Notes: generated by a model from the letters alone, not told the origin. A DNA stretch of 64,000 nucleotides from Bacillus subtilis subsp. subtilis str. 168 (GCF_000009045.1 NC_000964.3:2728001-2792000); one strand, 5' to 3'; shown: positions 18,608-27,986, numbered from the stretch's first letter. Translations and numbers: made by a program.

Positions 18608-19711
18608 ATGGTCAAGACGAATGTAACAATCATGAGAGGCGGAACAAGCAAAGGCGTTTTTTTCCACGAATCAGCCATGCCTAACAATAAAAACGAATGG
18701 GAGCCCTTTTTGCTTGATGTCATGGGAAGTCCTGATAAAAGACAAATAGATGGTTTGGGTGGCGGTAATTCCCTTACTAGTAAAGTGGCAATAATAAAGA
18801 AAGCATATACTTCGGATATTGATGTTCACTATACTTTCGGTCAAGTCAGCATTTCGGAAGAAAAGGTGGACTTTAAGGGGAACTGCGGAAATATCTCCGC
18901 TGCTGTTGGTCCATTTGCTATTGAAGAAGGACTTGTAAAAGCGAAAGAACCAATGACTGCGGTAAGGATCCTGAATACCAATACGAATAAAATGATCATT
19001 GCGGAAGTAGAAGTGGAAGACGGTCAGGTCAAATATGACGGAGATGTTACGATATCTGGAGTACCTGGATCTGGATCTCCAATCTATTTAAACTTTCATG
19101 ATGCCGCTGGTTCAGTTACCGGTCATTTATTGCCTACTGGAAATAGTTCGGAGTTTTTAGATACAAGTCAAGGCCAAATAGAGGTGTCTATTATCGACTA
19201 TGCAAATCCATTAGTTTTTGTGGAAGCGAGCAGTATCGGCCTGGATGGAACGGAACTTGCAGAAGAATTTACTGATCTACAGTTGGCTCAATTTGAAGAA
19301 TTAAGATCCATTGCGGCAGAGAAATGCGGCTTTGCCAGTCGATTTTCAGCTACAAAGTTATCGCCGGCTGTCCCCAAACTGGCTATAGTAGCAAAACCAG
19401 AGAAATATAAAGATAGTACAGGTGCTTGGCATTCAAGCGTTGAGATGGACTTACACATCAGGATGATGTCCATGCAAAAGCCACATCAAGCACTGGCTGT
19501 CACTGGAGCGATATGTACAACAAGAGCCCTTTCAGTGGAAGGTGCAATCCCTGCAAGAATAGCAAAAAACCACTCTACAAAGGTTCGGCTAGCTCATTCT
19601 TCTGGTATTATTGAAACAATGGTGGAGCCCACTGGTATAAAGATCGTCCGTACCGCACGACGTATTATGGACGGAACAGTTTATACGCATGGAGACTATC
19701 AAATGATGTAG
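18608..19711 (+). CDS. yraM: PrpF-family isomerase
   Basis: MRGGTSKG, GSPDKRQIDGLGGGNSLTSK and GNCGNISAAVG (catalytic Cys) motifs. Confidence 0.92.
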   Translation: MVKTNVTIMRGGTSKGVFFHESAMPNNKNEWEPFLLDVMGSPDKRQIDGLGGGNSLTSKVAIIKKAYTSDIDVHYTFGQVSISEEKVDFKGNCGNISAAVGPFAIEEGLVKAKEPMTAVRILNTNTNKMIIAEVEVEDGQVKYDGDVTISGVPGSGSPIYLNFHDAAGSVTGHLLPTGNSSEFLDTSQGQIEVSIIDYANPLVFVEASSIGLDGTELAEEFTDLQLAQFEELRSIAAEKCGFASRFSATKLSPAVPKLAIVAKPEKYKDSTGAWHSSVEMDLHIRMMSMQKPHQALAVTGAICTTRALSVEGAIPARIAKNHSTKVRLAHSSGIIETMVEPTGIKIVRTARRIMDGTVYTHGDYQMM

Positions 19712-19915
19712 ATGGACTGTGCAAAAAGCCTCCCCCCTTTCCATCGTTAATAGATGGATTGAATGCGCCTTCTTGCACAGATCCATTGTAATCTTGCATG
19801 GCTTTAAAAAAGCCTCTATATTGTTTTTTATGAAATCGCCAAGGTCCTTTCATGTATCTGCCTCAAGCATGACATAATCATTATAGAGAAAATTGAATAC
19901 TTTTTACTGCAAATA

Positions 19916-19944
19916 AAAAGATACCAACATCATTGGTATCTTTT
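19916..19944 (-). terminator. Terminator of csn
   Basis: AAAAAGATACCAA/TTGGTATCTTTT. Confidence 0.7.
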
Positions 19945-19983
19945 AGATTGAGTTCATCTGCAGCGGTTTCTTTTCCTCACTGC

Positions 19984-20817
19984 TTATTTGATTACAAAAT
20001 TACCGTACTCGTTTGAACGAACATGAATCGGTCCGTTTAGATTATAGTTGTTCTCCTTGGCGATAGAGCGAAGCACGTCCACACGGGCAACTGATTCTCT
20101 CCATTCGTCACGGGTGTCATGATTGGCCGGATTCATCAGATCGTCATAGCGTACGTCCAAGAATTTATTCAACCACTTCTTCTCGTCTATTCCGTCTTTA
20201 GGTGATCCGCCCGCTTTTTTGTTCGTACGTTTAATCAAGGCATAAAAAGAGTCAGGGTCATCACCATCGCCATGCTGAATAACCGTATCGTACATCACAG
20301 CTCTTGCCAATGCTGTTTTTAGTCCGGCATTATCCGATCGTTTCATGGCAGGCTGATAATACAAATGGTCATTTACTTTGTCTTGAGCGGCGCGAAATTC
20401 CTTATCATTTGCAAGCGACTTCCAGGCAGAAGCGAATCCCTTGAGATTGCTTGTATCATCGCTTTCTTCCTTGGCCAGACGGCGCAATTCAGGCAGATAC
20501 TTTTTCAGTTTGTTATTCGGAACTGCCTTTGTGTATACTTCCACTACTTCCAATGCATCCCCGGTAGCCGTTGTAAAGCCTGCCCGTCCGCATGTATAGC
20601 CTCGCCCGTCATCCAATCGCTCTACATATCCATATTGGATCTCCGTTGTGCCGTTTTCAAAGATACTTGTCAGCTGTTCCGCCCGGCGCTTTTGATCTTT
20701 ATTCAGTCCCGCCGCAAAAACCGTTTCGCTCATCATCAGGGTAAAAAACATGGTGAAAACAAGTAATGAGATCGCTGCTTTTTTCCAAAAATCTGCTTTT
20801 TGCATACTGATTTTCAT
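19984..20817 (-). CDS. csn: Secreted chitosanase (GH46)
   Basis: Signal peptide; SIFENGTT (Glu) and DDGRGYT.G..GF (Asp) catalytic motifs. Confidence 0.97.
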   Translation of the reverse strand: MKISMQKADFWKKAAISLLVFTMFFTLMMSETVFAAGLNKDQKRRAEQLTSIFENGTTEIQYGYVERLDDGRGYTCGRAGFTTATGDALEVVEVYTKAVPNNKLKKYLPELRRLAKEESDDTSNLKGFASAWKSLANDKEFRAAQDKVNDHLYYQPAMKRSDNAGLKTALARAVMYDTVIQHGDGDDPDSFYALIKRTNKKAGGSPKDGIDEKKWLNKFLDVRYDDLMNPANHDTRDEWRESVARVDVLRSIAKENNYNLNGPIHVRSNEYGNFVIK

Positions 20818-21089
20818 TTCACTTCCCCTTTCTAAATATTGTAAATACAGACTCAGTATACATGAAGAAACTGCCCTATTGTTGAAAATACATCAATTTG
20901 TCAATATTTTGAATCTAAAGTAATATAGCTTGAATCTTACTCTATTCATTGCCAATCAGCCTTAGCCCCTCTCACTGGGAAGGTCCCTTGATTTTCATAC
21001 TGCTTCAACTTTCATTAACAAGATGCCATAAGGCTTTACTCTATTTTATAATGGAAGTGATCATCGAAAATCGTTAGGGAGGTGATGTA

Positions 21090-21173
21090 ATGGCAAGCAA
21101 GATGAGAATGCCAGATTCCGCAACGTCCCATGCAAAGCCTACTATTGGGAAGGCGATACTTTGCATGGGGTAG
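21090..21173 (+). CDS. 27-aa leader ORF upstream of yraL
   Basis: Strong SD GGGAGGTGA at 21077-21085; MASKMRMPDSATSHAKPTIGKAILCMG*; TATAAT at 21047-21052 upstream. Confidence 0.5.
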   Translation: MASKMRMPDSATSHAKPTIGKAILCMG

Positions 21174-21248
21174 ACTTTCTAAAAGATCGCCCAAGTAAGC
21201 TTTTCTGATATAGTGGCTTTGCACCTTATTTGACATAAAAAAATAAGG
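21127..21248 (+). promoter_or_regulatory. Structured leader with alternative helices and an SD-sequestering stem
   Basis: Helix A 21127-37/21159-69 (11 bp); competing helix B 21131-45/21210-23 (14 bp, one bulge); helix C 21224-31/21241-48 covers AAGG of the yraL SD. Confidence 0.55.
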
Positions 21249-21259
21249 AGCTGGCAGAA

Positions 21260-21523
21260 ATGGCATATGTAAAAGCAACCGCTATTTTACCTGAAAAGCT
21301 GATATCGGAAATTCAAAAGTATGTTCAAGGAAAAACAATATATATCCCTAAACCTGAATCCTCTCATCAAAAATGGGGTGCGTGTTCAGGAACAAGAAAG
21401 CTGATCGATGACAGAAACGCTTCTATTAAAAAAGCATTTAAAAACGGCAAAACCATTCATCAATTATCTGATGAATATCACCTCTCTATTGAAACAATAA
21501 AAAAAATTGTCTACTCTAAATAA
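21260..21523 (+). CDS. yraL: Small Mor-like HTH protein (CD3324 family)
   Basis: LPEKLISEIQKYVQGKTIYIPK...LSDEYHLSIETIKKIVY. Confidence 0.85.
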   Translation: MAYVKATAILPEKLISEIQKYVQGKTIYIPKPESSHQKWGACSGTRKLIDDRNASIKKAFKNGKTIHQLSDEYHLSIETIKKIVYSK

Positions 21524-21659
21524 ACAAAACGGAAGCACTGATAAAAAATAATCAGTGCTTTTTATATGGCGAGTTTGTTTCTTAGTTATTTCCTGCATAT
21601 GATACCATTGGCCAATTGTGTAAAGTTAAGGGAGATGAGAAGAAAGGAAGGTCCTACAA

Positions 21660-22475
21660 ATGACGATAAACAATGGAACGTTGCAAGTACCCGGCGCGAA
21701 CATCCACTATCAGGTGCGTGGCTCTGGTCCAATCATTCTTTTGGTCCACGGAGGAGGCGGTGATGCCGACAAGTTCCATCATGTTGCCAATCATCTGGCT
21801 AACTGGTACACGGTTGTTACTTATGATCGCCGCGGCCATTCCCGCAGCAATCTCGCCAATCAGATTGAGGGTTACCGTGTGGAAACACACAGTGACGATG
21901 CTCACCGTCTTCTAGCCAAAATCACCAATAAGCCGGCCTATGTATTTGGAAGCAGCTCCGGGGCTGTTATCGGGCTTGATCTGTGCATACGCCATCCCGA
22001 ACAAGTACATGTCATGATCCCACACGAACCAATCTTATTGCAGCTTCTGCATGGAAATGAGCTGAAACAAGCCGAGCAATTCATGGAAGACCTTAAGAAA
22101 AATCATCGAAGTGAAGTCATTAAATTAATGTCAAGATTAGAGACAGACGAACAATCAAAGGCTGTCCTGACAAAGCGGCTTCTCGGCAATTCAACGTATT
22201 TCACTGAGTATGAAATTCAAGGAATTCTCAGCTATACATTAGATTTCGAAGCATTAAAAACTGTGTTTACATCTTCACCGATGAAGATACTCCCAGCTGG
22301 CGGAAGTGCTTCTCGGGAGCTTTTTCCTTATCGTTGCGCGAACGCCCTAGCGGAACAATTGGAAACAGAATGGGTTGAATTCCCCGGAAATCATACGGGG
22401 TACACAATGTACCATAAAGAATTTTCTGAGAGGTTACACGACATGTTAGAAAAAGAAAAGAAACATACGTGTTAA
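21660..22475 (+). CDS. yraK: Alpha/beta-fold hydrolase
   Basis: LVHGG, YDRRGHSRS, nucleophile elbow GSSSG, C-terminal PGNH. Confidence 0.92.
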   Translation: MTINNGTLQVPGANIHYQVRGSGPIILLVHGGGGDADKFHHVANHLANWYTVVTYDRRGHSRSNLANQIEGYRVETHSDDAHRLLAKITNKPAYVFGSSSGAVIGLDLCIRHPEQVHVMIPHEPILLQLLHGNELKQAEQFMEDLKKNHRSEVIKLMSRLETDEQSKAVLTKRLLGNSTYFTEYEIQGILSYTLDFEALKTVFTSSPMKILPAGGSASRELFPYRCANALAEQLETEWVEFPGNHTGYTMYHKEFSERLHDMLEKEKKHTC

Positions 22476-22882
22476 GGATTGATTAAAATTTTCAAAATAG
22501 GACAGGTGAAACTAACTATGGAATTGGAGAAGATTTCACGAAGCGTAAAAAGAACTTTTCACTAACGAGAACGCAATGTGAGATGTTTAACCAAAGTGAT
22601 ATTAGGGATTTCATCGAAAAATAGGTTTGTACATTACGTTCTCCTATTGATTATTTCCTATCTTAATTCCGTATTTTATACCATTAGATACAACTCTAAA
22701 GCGGCTCGTTATTTTGTCCTCAACAACAACCAGTGTCTAACATCATGAATCTCTTTTGAAAATCACCACAAATGCAGGTATGGAAGACTTCATCGCAGCA
22801 AAAACCATACCAACTATTGTTGTTGGTATGGTTCGTCCTAGATAGGCCCTTAAGAAGAGATTCTATTGTACGGAGTATTTAG

Positions 22883-23245
22883 CTAATTGCATTTGTAACC
22901 GACAGGGCCGTCTGAACCTGTGTACACATATGTGTCAGACACATATCCAATATTCACGACACCCCGGGAATCTTTCCACTGGATTTGGTCCCAGATATTA
23001 CTCGTTCCATACTTCCCTGTAACAGTCGTTCCATAAGCGTAACAATAATAAGGAACACGGGAGCCACTCGGAATGGAAAGCATAATAGGATAATTTGTAC
23101 CAGGACCGCTGCGCATATTGACAGGCGCACCGCTGCTTGTTGAGACAGTAAAGTACTGAACGGCAAGTGCCTGACTGGAAAAAATGAATAAAGATGCAAT
23201 CATCACGGTTAACATACTCAGCATTTTCAGTTTAGTCAATGTCAT
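22883..23245 (-). CDS. yraJ: Secreted SH3b-domain protein (TTG at 23239 is an alternative start)
   Basis: Signal peptide ending ALA; VNMRSGPGT..., W..., GYVSDTYV; two Cys. Confidence 0.9.
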   Translation of the reverse strand: MTLTKLKMLSMLTVMIASLFIFSSQALAVQYFTVSTSSGAPVNMRSGPGTNYPIMLSIPSGSRVPYYCYAYGTTVTGKYGTSNIWDQIQWKDSRGVVNIGYVSDTYVYTGSDGPVGYKCN

Positions 23246-23291
23246 CCCTCTTTCTTCAATTCCTTCATTTTAAGAAACGATAGAACATAGG

Positions 23292-23726
23292 CTACCAGCT
23301 GCATTTAGGAACAACCGGACCGTCTGAGCCTGTATACATATATGTATCAGAGACAAATCCAGGAACGATCTCCCCGCTGGCAAGCGTCCGCTCTGTGTAA
23401 TTCCAAATATTGCTCGTTCCATACTTTCCAGTTACAGTTGTACCGGTTTTGTAGCAATAGATCGGGATGCGGGTTCCGCTCGGAATGGTCGTTACAATTC
23501 CCCAACTTGTACCTGGGCCGCTGCGCATGTTGACAGGAGCACCGCTGCTTGTTGAAACCGTATAATACTGAGCCGCAAGTGCATGGCTAGAAAAAATGAA
23601 CACAGATGCAATCATCACCGTTAGCATACTTAGCCTCTTTAACTTATTCACCTTATACCCTCCCCTTATAAATGCCGTACGTTTGACTTTCTTACATCCA
23701 GTTAAGGATTTACTTTCAGATACCAT
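23292..23726 (-). CDS. yraI: Secreted SH3b-domain protein, paralogue of YraJ (second in-frame GTG start at 23651)
   Basis: Same signal peptide and VNMRSGPGT/GFVSDTYM pattern; two Cys. Confidence 0.9.
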   Translation of the reverse strand: MVSESKSLTGCKKVKRTAFIRGGYKVNKLKRLSMLTVMIASVFIFSSHALAAQYYTVSTSSGAPVNMRSGPGTSWGIVTTIPSGTRIPIYCYKTGTTVTGKYGTSNIWNYTERTLASGEIVPGFVSDTYMYTGSDGPVVPKCSW

Positions 23727-23799
23727 GCCCCCTCCCCTCCCATATATTTATCAATGTACCATAAACTAGATCTTTCAAAAGTGGAATTATTCCTATGTT

Positions 23800-23806
23800 T
23801 TCGACA
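23800..23806 (-). promoter_or_regulatory. Spo0A box upstream of yraI
   Basis: TGTCGAA on the minus strand. Confidence 0.35.
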
Positions 23807-24166
23807 ATTAAGGATACAAAATAAATGGTAGTCAGGCTTGATATTGATGGTGTGTTACATTTGGCTCTTAATCATTTGTCCAGTCGGTAATCACGATTGA
23901 CAATCAGGAAAAAGGACATGGATCAAGCGGCTTCGTTTCCACCAATTAACTCAATCAGTGTACTGCTTCCTTGTATCCACGCTTCTTCTCGATTCATAGA
24001 TACTCCACCTTTTTCACCAATCAAAAACGGACACCATACAAATCAGCGTAAATGCTGCAAGTTCAGTGTCCGCAACCTATTATGACTTTGCTTTCTTTTA
24101 CCAGGGCGTGTAAAAATGATTAGGTACGTTATCAAACGTTATTCTATGATTTTGCGAGTCAAAAAA

Positions 24167-24553
24167 TCATAACATTTTATATATTTCAATCAGATTATGA
24201 TCTGGATCTCTGAAGTGAGCAACTCGGGCACTCCATTCCTTGCGATCATGCGGTTTATTCTCACATTTAACTCCTTTTTCGTGTAAATCGTCATACGTTT
24301 TATCAACATCTTCTACCTTAAACTGAAGCAAAAATTTTGATTGAGCTTCTCCTTCCAAGGACTTTTTTTCCTCTCCAACGATTTCAGCCATCGTTTCTCG
24401 AGATAAAAGCTCTATTTTCGTTTCCCCATTATCAAAGAGTGCATATTCCATTTCATTCTCTAACCAACTTATTGGAAGTCCTAATGAATCTTTATAAAAC
24501 TCGACGCTTTTCTTAAAATCATTCACCAACAGTCTAATTTGTAACAGCTTCAT
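24167..24553 (-). CDS. yraH: VOC/glyoxalase-family protein
   Basis: IRLLVNDFKKSVEFY...AHFRDPDHNLIEI. Confidence 0.92.
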   Translation of the reverse strand: MKLLQIRLLVNDFKKSVEFYKDSLGLPISWLENEMEYALFDNGETKIELLSRETMAEIVGEEKKSLEGEAQSKFLLQFKVEDVDKTYDDLHEKGVKCENKPHDRKEWSARVAHFRDPDHNLIEIYKML

Positions 24554-24801
24554 ATCGAGTGCCTCCTATAAAACCATACTTTTACTGGTCATCCAATTTA
24601 ATGATACCAAAGAAACCTGACAGCACTATGTCAAGTTTCCATACTTCACCCTTATTTCAGATTTAAGTGCAGTTTAGTCCATGTCATAAGAACGAGCAAA
24701 AACAGCGATTCTTAAAACAAAAAATGATACCGAGTGTATTTTCTGTATGCTTCAACTTCATTTCGGGAAATGTAACGTTGATAAAAGGAGGTTACATCAA
24801 T

Positions 24802-25047
24802 ATGGATCATCAAACATTGGCAGCTCATGAGGCTGTTGACTTACATGAAATCGTGAACTTTAAAACACTTTGTATAGCGAAATCAAAGTTAATGCAAGGG
24901 CTTGTGTTTGACCAAGAACTGAAGGACTTGATGGAAAAAGATGTACAGCAATCCATTCAAGACCTTACTGAATTACAAGCGGTTTATGAGCGTGCCTCAT
25001 TTCAGGCCCCTGTCCCTCAAAGCCGCCCAACGCCAATCATCAATTGA
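24802..25047 (+). CDS. yraG: CotF-like spore protein (N-half type)
   Basis: ATG at 24802 with AAAGGAGG SD; HEAVDLHE..FKTLC..KSK.M; paralogue of yraE. Confidence 0.88.
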   Translation: MDHQTLAAHEAVDLHEIVNFKTLCIAKSKLMQGLVFDQELKDLMEKDVQQSIQDLTELQAVYERASFQAPVPQSRPTPIIN

Positions 25048-25064
25048 AAGGGAGGTAAGCCTCT

Positions 25065-25433
25065 TTGAATAATGATCATTTAGACCCCATTAATTCGCTG
25101 AATGTGCCTGAACTAGCAGACACTACATTCGCGATGGATTTTCTTATACGAGCTAAGGAAGGCGTAAGGAATACTGCTGTAGCTTTGACAGAAACCGCTT
25201 CACCAGATGTAAGAGCACTGCTTCGGAAACAGCTGATGCAAGGAATTGCGATGCACCAAGAGATTACGGAACTGATGATCAGCAAAAAGTGGTTCCATCC
25301 ATATGAGCTGAGCGAACAGTATAAGCTGGATCAGCTCTCTGCAAAAAACACGATCATGGTCGGCAATATGAACCTCTTTCCTGATGAAACAAATCGCAAA
25401 GGGATGTTTGACCGGACACCTGATGAACACTAA
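25065..25433 (+). CDS. yraF: CotF-like spore protein (C-half type)
   Basis: [14 protein letters not shown]...MH...WFHPY; paralogue of yraD. Confidence 0.9.
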
Positions 25434-25451
25434 CACTGGAGGTTTTACAGC

Positions 25452-26588
25452 ATGAAGGCAGTAACGTATCAAGGCATTAAAAATGTTGTTGTCAAAGATG
25501 TCCCCGATCCAAAGATTGAAAAATCCGATGACATGATTATCAAAGTCACCAGTACAGCCATTTGCGGATCAGATTTACATTTAATCCATGGATTCATTCC
25601 GAATATGCAAGAAGACTATGTCATCGGCCATGAACCGATGGGAATCGTCGAAGAAGTTGGTTCTGGGGTGACTAAACTAAAAAAGGGAGATCGGGTAATT
25701 ATTCCCTTTAATATAGCATGCGGGGAATGCTTTTTTTGTAAAAACCAGCTGGAAAGCCAATGTGATCAGTCTAATGACAATGGGGAAATGGGTGCTTATT
25801 TCGGCTATTCAGGGCAAACTGGCGGTTATCCAGGCGGGCAAGCTGAATATTTAAGAGTGCCGTTTGCGAATTTTACCCATTTTAAAATCCCTGAATCTTG
25901 TGAGGAACCCGATGAGAAATTAAGCGTGATTGCCGATGCCATGACCACCGGCTTTTGGAGTGTGGATAATGCCGGCGTAAAAAAAGGCGATACAGTTATC
26001 GTTCTCGGCTGCGGACCAGTCGGCCTGTTTGCTCAAAAGTTTTGTTGGCTAAAAGGCGCAAAACGCGTCATAGCAGTTGACTATGTAAACTATCGCTTAC
26101 AGCATGCGAAACGTACAAACAAAGTAGAAATCGTTAATTTTGAAGACCATGAGAATACAGGGAATTATTTAAAGGAAATCACGAAAGGCGGAGCGGATGT
26201 AGTCATTGACGCTGTTGGGATGGATGGTAAAATGAGCGATCTCGAGTTCCTTGCCAGCGGCTTAAAGCTTCATGGCGGAACGATGAGTGCATTGGTCATT
26301 GCTTCCCAAGCTGTTCGCAAAGGAGGAACCATACAAATTACAGGTGTGTATGGAGGCAGATATAACGGTTTTCCGTTAGGAGATATTATGCAGCGAAACG
26401 TCAATATACGCTCTGGACAGGCTCCAGTGATCCACTATATGCCGTACATGTTTGAACTAGTATCGACAGGCAAAATTGATCCGGGAGATGTTGTCAGCCA
26501 TGTCCTGCCGCTTAGTGAAGCCAAGCATGGCTATGACATTTTTGATTCAAAAATGGATGATTGTATCAAAGTTGTGTTAAAGCCTTAA
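25452..26588 (+). CDS. adhB: Zn-dependent alcohol/formaldehyde dehydrogenase
   Basis: CGSDLH, GHE, CGECFFC...C and GCGPVG motifs. Confidence 0.93.
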   Translation: MKAVTYQGIKNVVVKDVPDPKIEKSDDMIIKVTSTAICGSDLHLIHGFIPNMQEDYVIGHEPMGIVEEVGSGVTKLKKGDRVIIPFNIACGECFFCKNQLESQCDQSNDNGEMGAYFGYSGQTGGYPGGQAEYLRVPFANFTHFKIPESCEEPDEKLSVIADAMTTGFWSVDNAGVKKGDTVIVLGCGPVGLFAQKFCWLKGAKRVIAVDYVNYRLQHAKRTNKVEIVNFEDHENTGNYLKEITKGGADVVIDAVGMDGKMSDLEFLASGLKLHGGTMSALVIASQAVRKGGTIQITGVYGGRYNGFPLGDIMQRNVNIRSGQAPVIHYMPYMFELVSTGKIDPGDVVSHVLPLSEAKHGYDIFDSKMDDCIKVVLKP

Positions 26589-26606
26589 AAAACGGAGGTT
26601 ACAGAA

Positions 26607-26804
26607 ATGGAATACGCCTTACACGAAGTGCTTGAGGTTCAGGAAATGACTGCATTTAAGACACTTTGTTTGACGAAATCTAAAACAATGAAAGCACTGG
26701 TATCTGATCCGAAGCTGAAAGAAATCATGCAGCAAGATGTTGATATCACCACACGCCAGTTGCAGGAATTTGCCTCTATTTTATCTAATGCAAAGCAAGA
26801 ATGA
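26607..26804 (+). CDS. yraE: CotF-like spore protein (N-half type)
   Basis: HEVLEVQE..FKTLC..KSK.M. Confidence 0.88.
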   Translation: MEYALHEVLEVQEMTAFKTLCLTKSKTMKALVSDPKLKEIMQQDVDITTRQLQEFASILSNAKQE

Positions 26805-26819
26805 GGAGATGAATAAATC

Positions 26820-27119
26820 ATGAATCCTATCATAGAATATCTGACTGGCATGAATGTTCTAACAGACCAAATCATTGCTATGGACTTATTAATTTCAGCA
26901 AAGAACGGAGTCAGAAATTATGCGATGGCAGCCACTGAAGCCGGAACGCCTGAAGTAAAAGAGGTCCTTATCCGCCATTTGGAAGAAGCACTCGATATGC
27001 ACGAACAACTCTCAAGCTATATGATGGAAAAAGGCTGGTACCATCCTTGGAACCCTGACGAACAAGTCAAGCTGAATTTAAAAAATATTGATACAGCCAT
27101 TCAATTGCCAACCCTTTAA
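26820..27119 (+). CDS. yraD: CotF-like spore protein (C-half type)
   Basis: AMDLLISAKNGVRN...MH...WYHPW. Confidence 0.9.
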   Translation: MNPIIEYLTGMNVLTDQIIAMDLLISAKNGVRNYAMAATEAGTPEVKEVLIRHLEEALDMHEQLSSYMMEKGWYHPWNPDEQVKLNLKNIDTAIQLPTL

Positions 27120-27136
27120 CATACAATGACTGATTT

Positions 27137-27176
27137 GCTGAGGAACAGTATTGATTGGCCACAACTGTTCCTCAGC
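27137..27176. other. Perfect 13-bp stem between convergent yraD and adhR, without a clear U-tract
   Basis: GCTGAGGAACAGT/ACTGTTCCTCAGC. Confidence 0.6.
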
Positions 27177-27381
27177 TTCAAAATGAGCACTGTTTGTTCG
27201 GGTCCTATGACCGTAAATAGATTAACCGCTTTTCTCCATCTGATCTCCGATAATGTTTGCAAATTCTCCAATCCAAATAAGGAATCGTAACCACCTCTTT
27301 TTATGCGATCTCTTGATGGAGAAAACAGGCCAGAAACAAAATCCTTCGTTTTTGACCTGCCCTCTTCACACGCAAAGAATG

Positions 27382-27804
27382 CTACCTTCTTTGCTCCACT
27401 GATCCGTGAAGACTTTCCGTTTTAGGCCTGCTTTTGAGCTTTGCCTCATTTTCACGCAATTTCCCATCATAATCTTTAATTTTTGTGTCTAATCTCTTAA
27501 TTGTTTCATCAATTTCTTTCCGCTTCTCTATCAGCCGCTGTCGTTCGTCAGCCAGGATATTTTTTCGAGCTTCTACCGTACGGTCACCTTCGGTAAATAA
27601 TGTTGTATATTCAATTAGCGCTTCTATCGATAGTCCCGCATTTCGCATGCATTTAATGAATTCAATCCATTTGATATCTTCTTCATCATAGTCGCGAATG
27701 CCGCTGTCTTTTCGTTTTACAGGCGGGATTAATCCTACACGTTCGTAATATCGGAGTGTTGCGGCTGTCAGGCCAAACTGCTTTGCCACCTGAGCAATAT
27801 TCAT
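27382..27804 (-). CDS. adhR: MerR-family aldehyde-stress activator AdhR
   Basis: NIAQVAKQFGLTAATLRYYERVGL HTH; conserved IKCMR Cys. Confidence 0.93.
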   Translation of the reverse strand: MNIAQVAKQFGLTAATLRYYERVGLIPPVKRKDSGIRDYDEEDIKWIEFIKCMRNAGLSIEALIEYTTLFTEGDRTVEARKNILADERQRLIEKRKEIDETIKRLDTKIKDYDGKLRENEAKLKSRPKTESLHGSVEQRR

Positions 27805-27834
27805 GATCTTCACCTCTCTATCCTGTATGTTGTG

Positions 27835-27865
27835 AAGGTAACACTTAAAGTTAACTTTAAGTCAA
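27835..27865 (-). promoter_or_regulatory. adhR promoter with MerR-type 19-bp spacer and operator CTTAAAG-N4-CTTTAAG
   Basis: TTGACT-19-TACCTT; perfect palindrome 27844-27861. Confidence 0.85.
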
Positions 27866-27914
27866 GCTCAAAACAAGTGGTTAGCTGCTGAATCTGGGTT
27901 TATATATTCGGGAC

Positions 27915-27945
27915 TTGCCTTAAAGCACACTTTAAACTCTATACT
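27915..27945 (+). promoter_or_regulatory. MerR-type promoter of yrzP with a second AdhR box
   Basis: TTGCCT-19-TATACT; CTTAAAG-CACA-CTTTAAA at 27919-27936. Confidence 0.8.
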
Positions 27946-27986
27946 TCTCCATGCACTAAAAACAGTGTAGTTGGAGGGATTGCTGA

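Noticed and set aside
4925-21155. Recurrent CCTATTGG/TTCCAATAGG-containing hairpin motif (4925, ~5636, ~6514, ~21138)
   Set aside because: Short and degenerate; explained as related terminator stems or chance, with no terminal repeats or target duplications of a MITE
21036-21278. 80-aa minus-strand ORF over the yraL leader
   Set aside because: No SD; the plus-strand leader ORF and structure explain the sequence better
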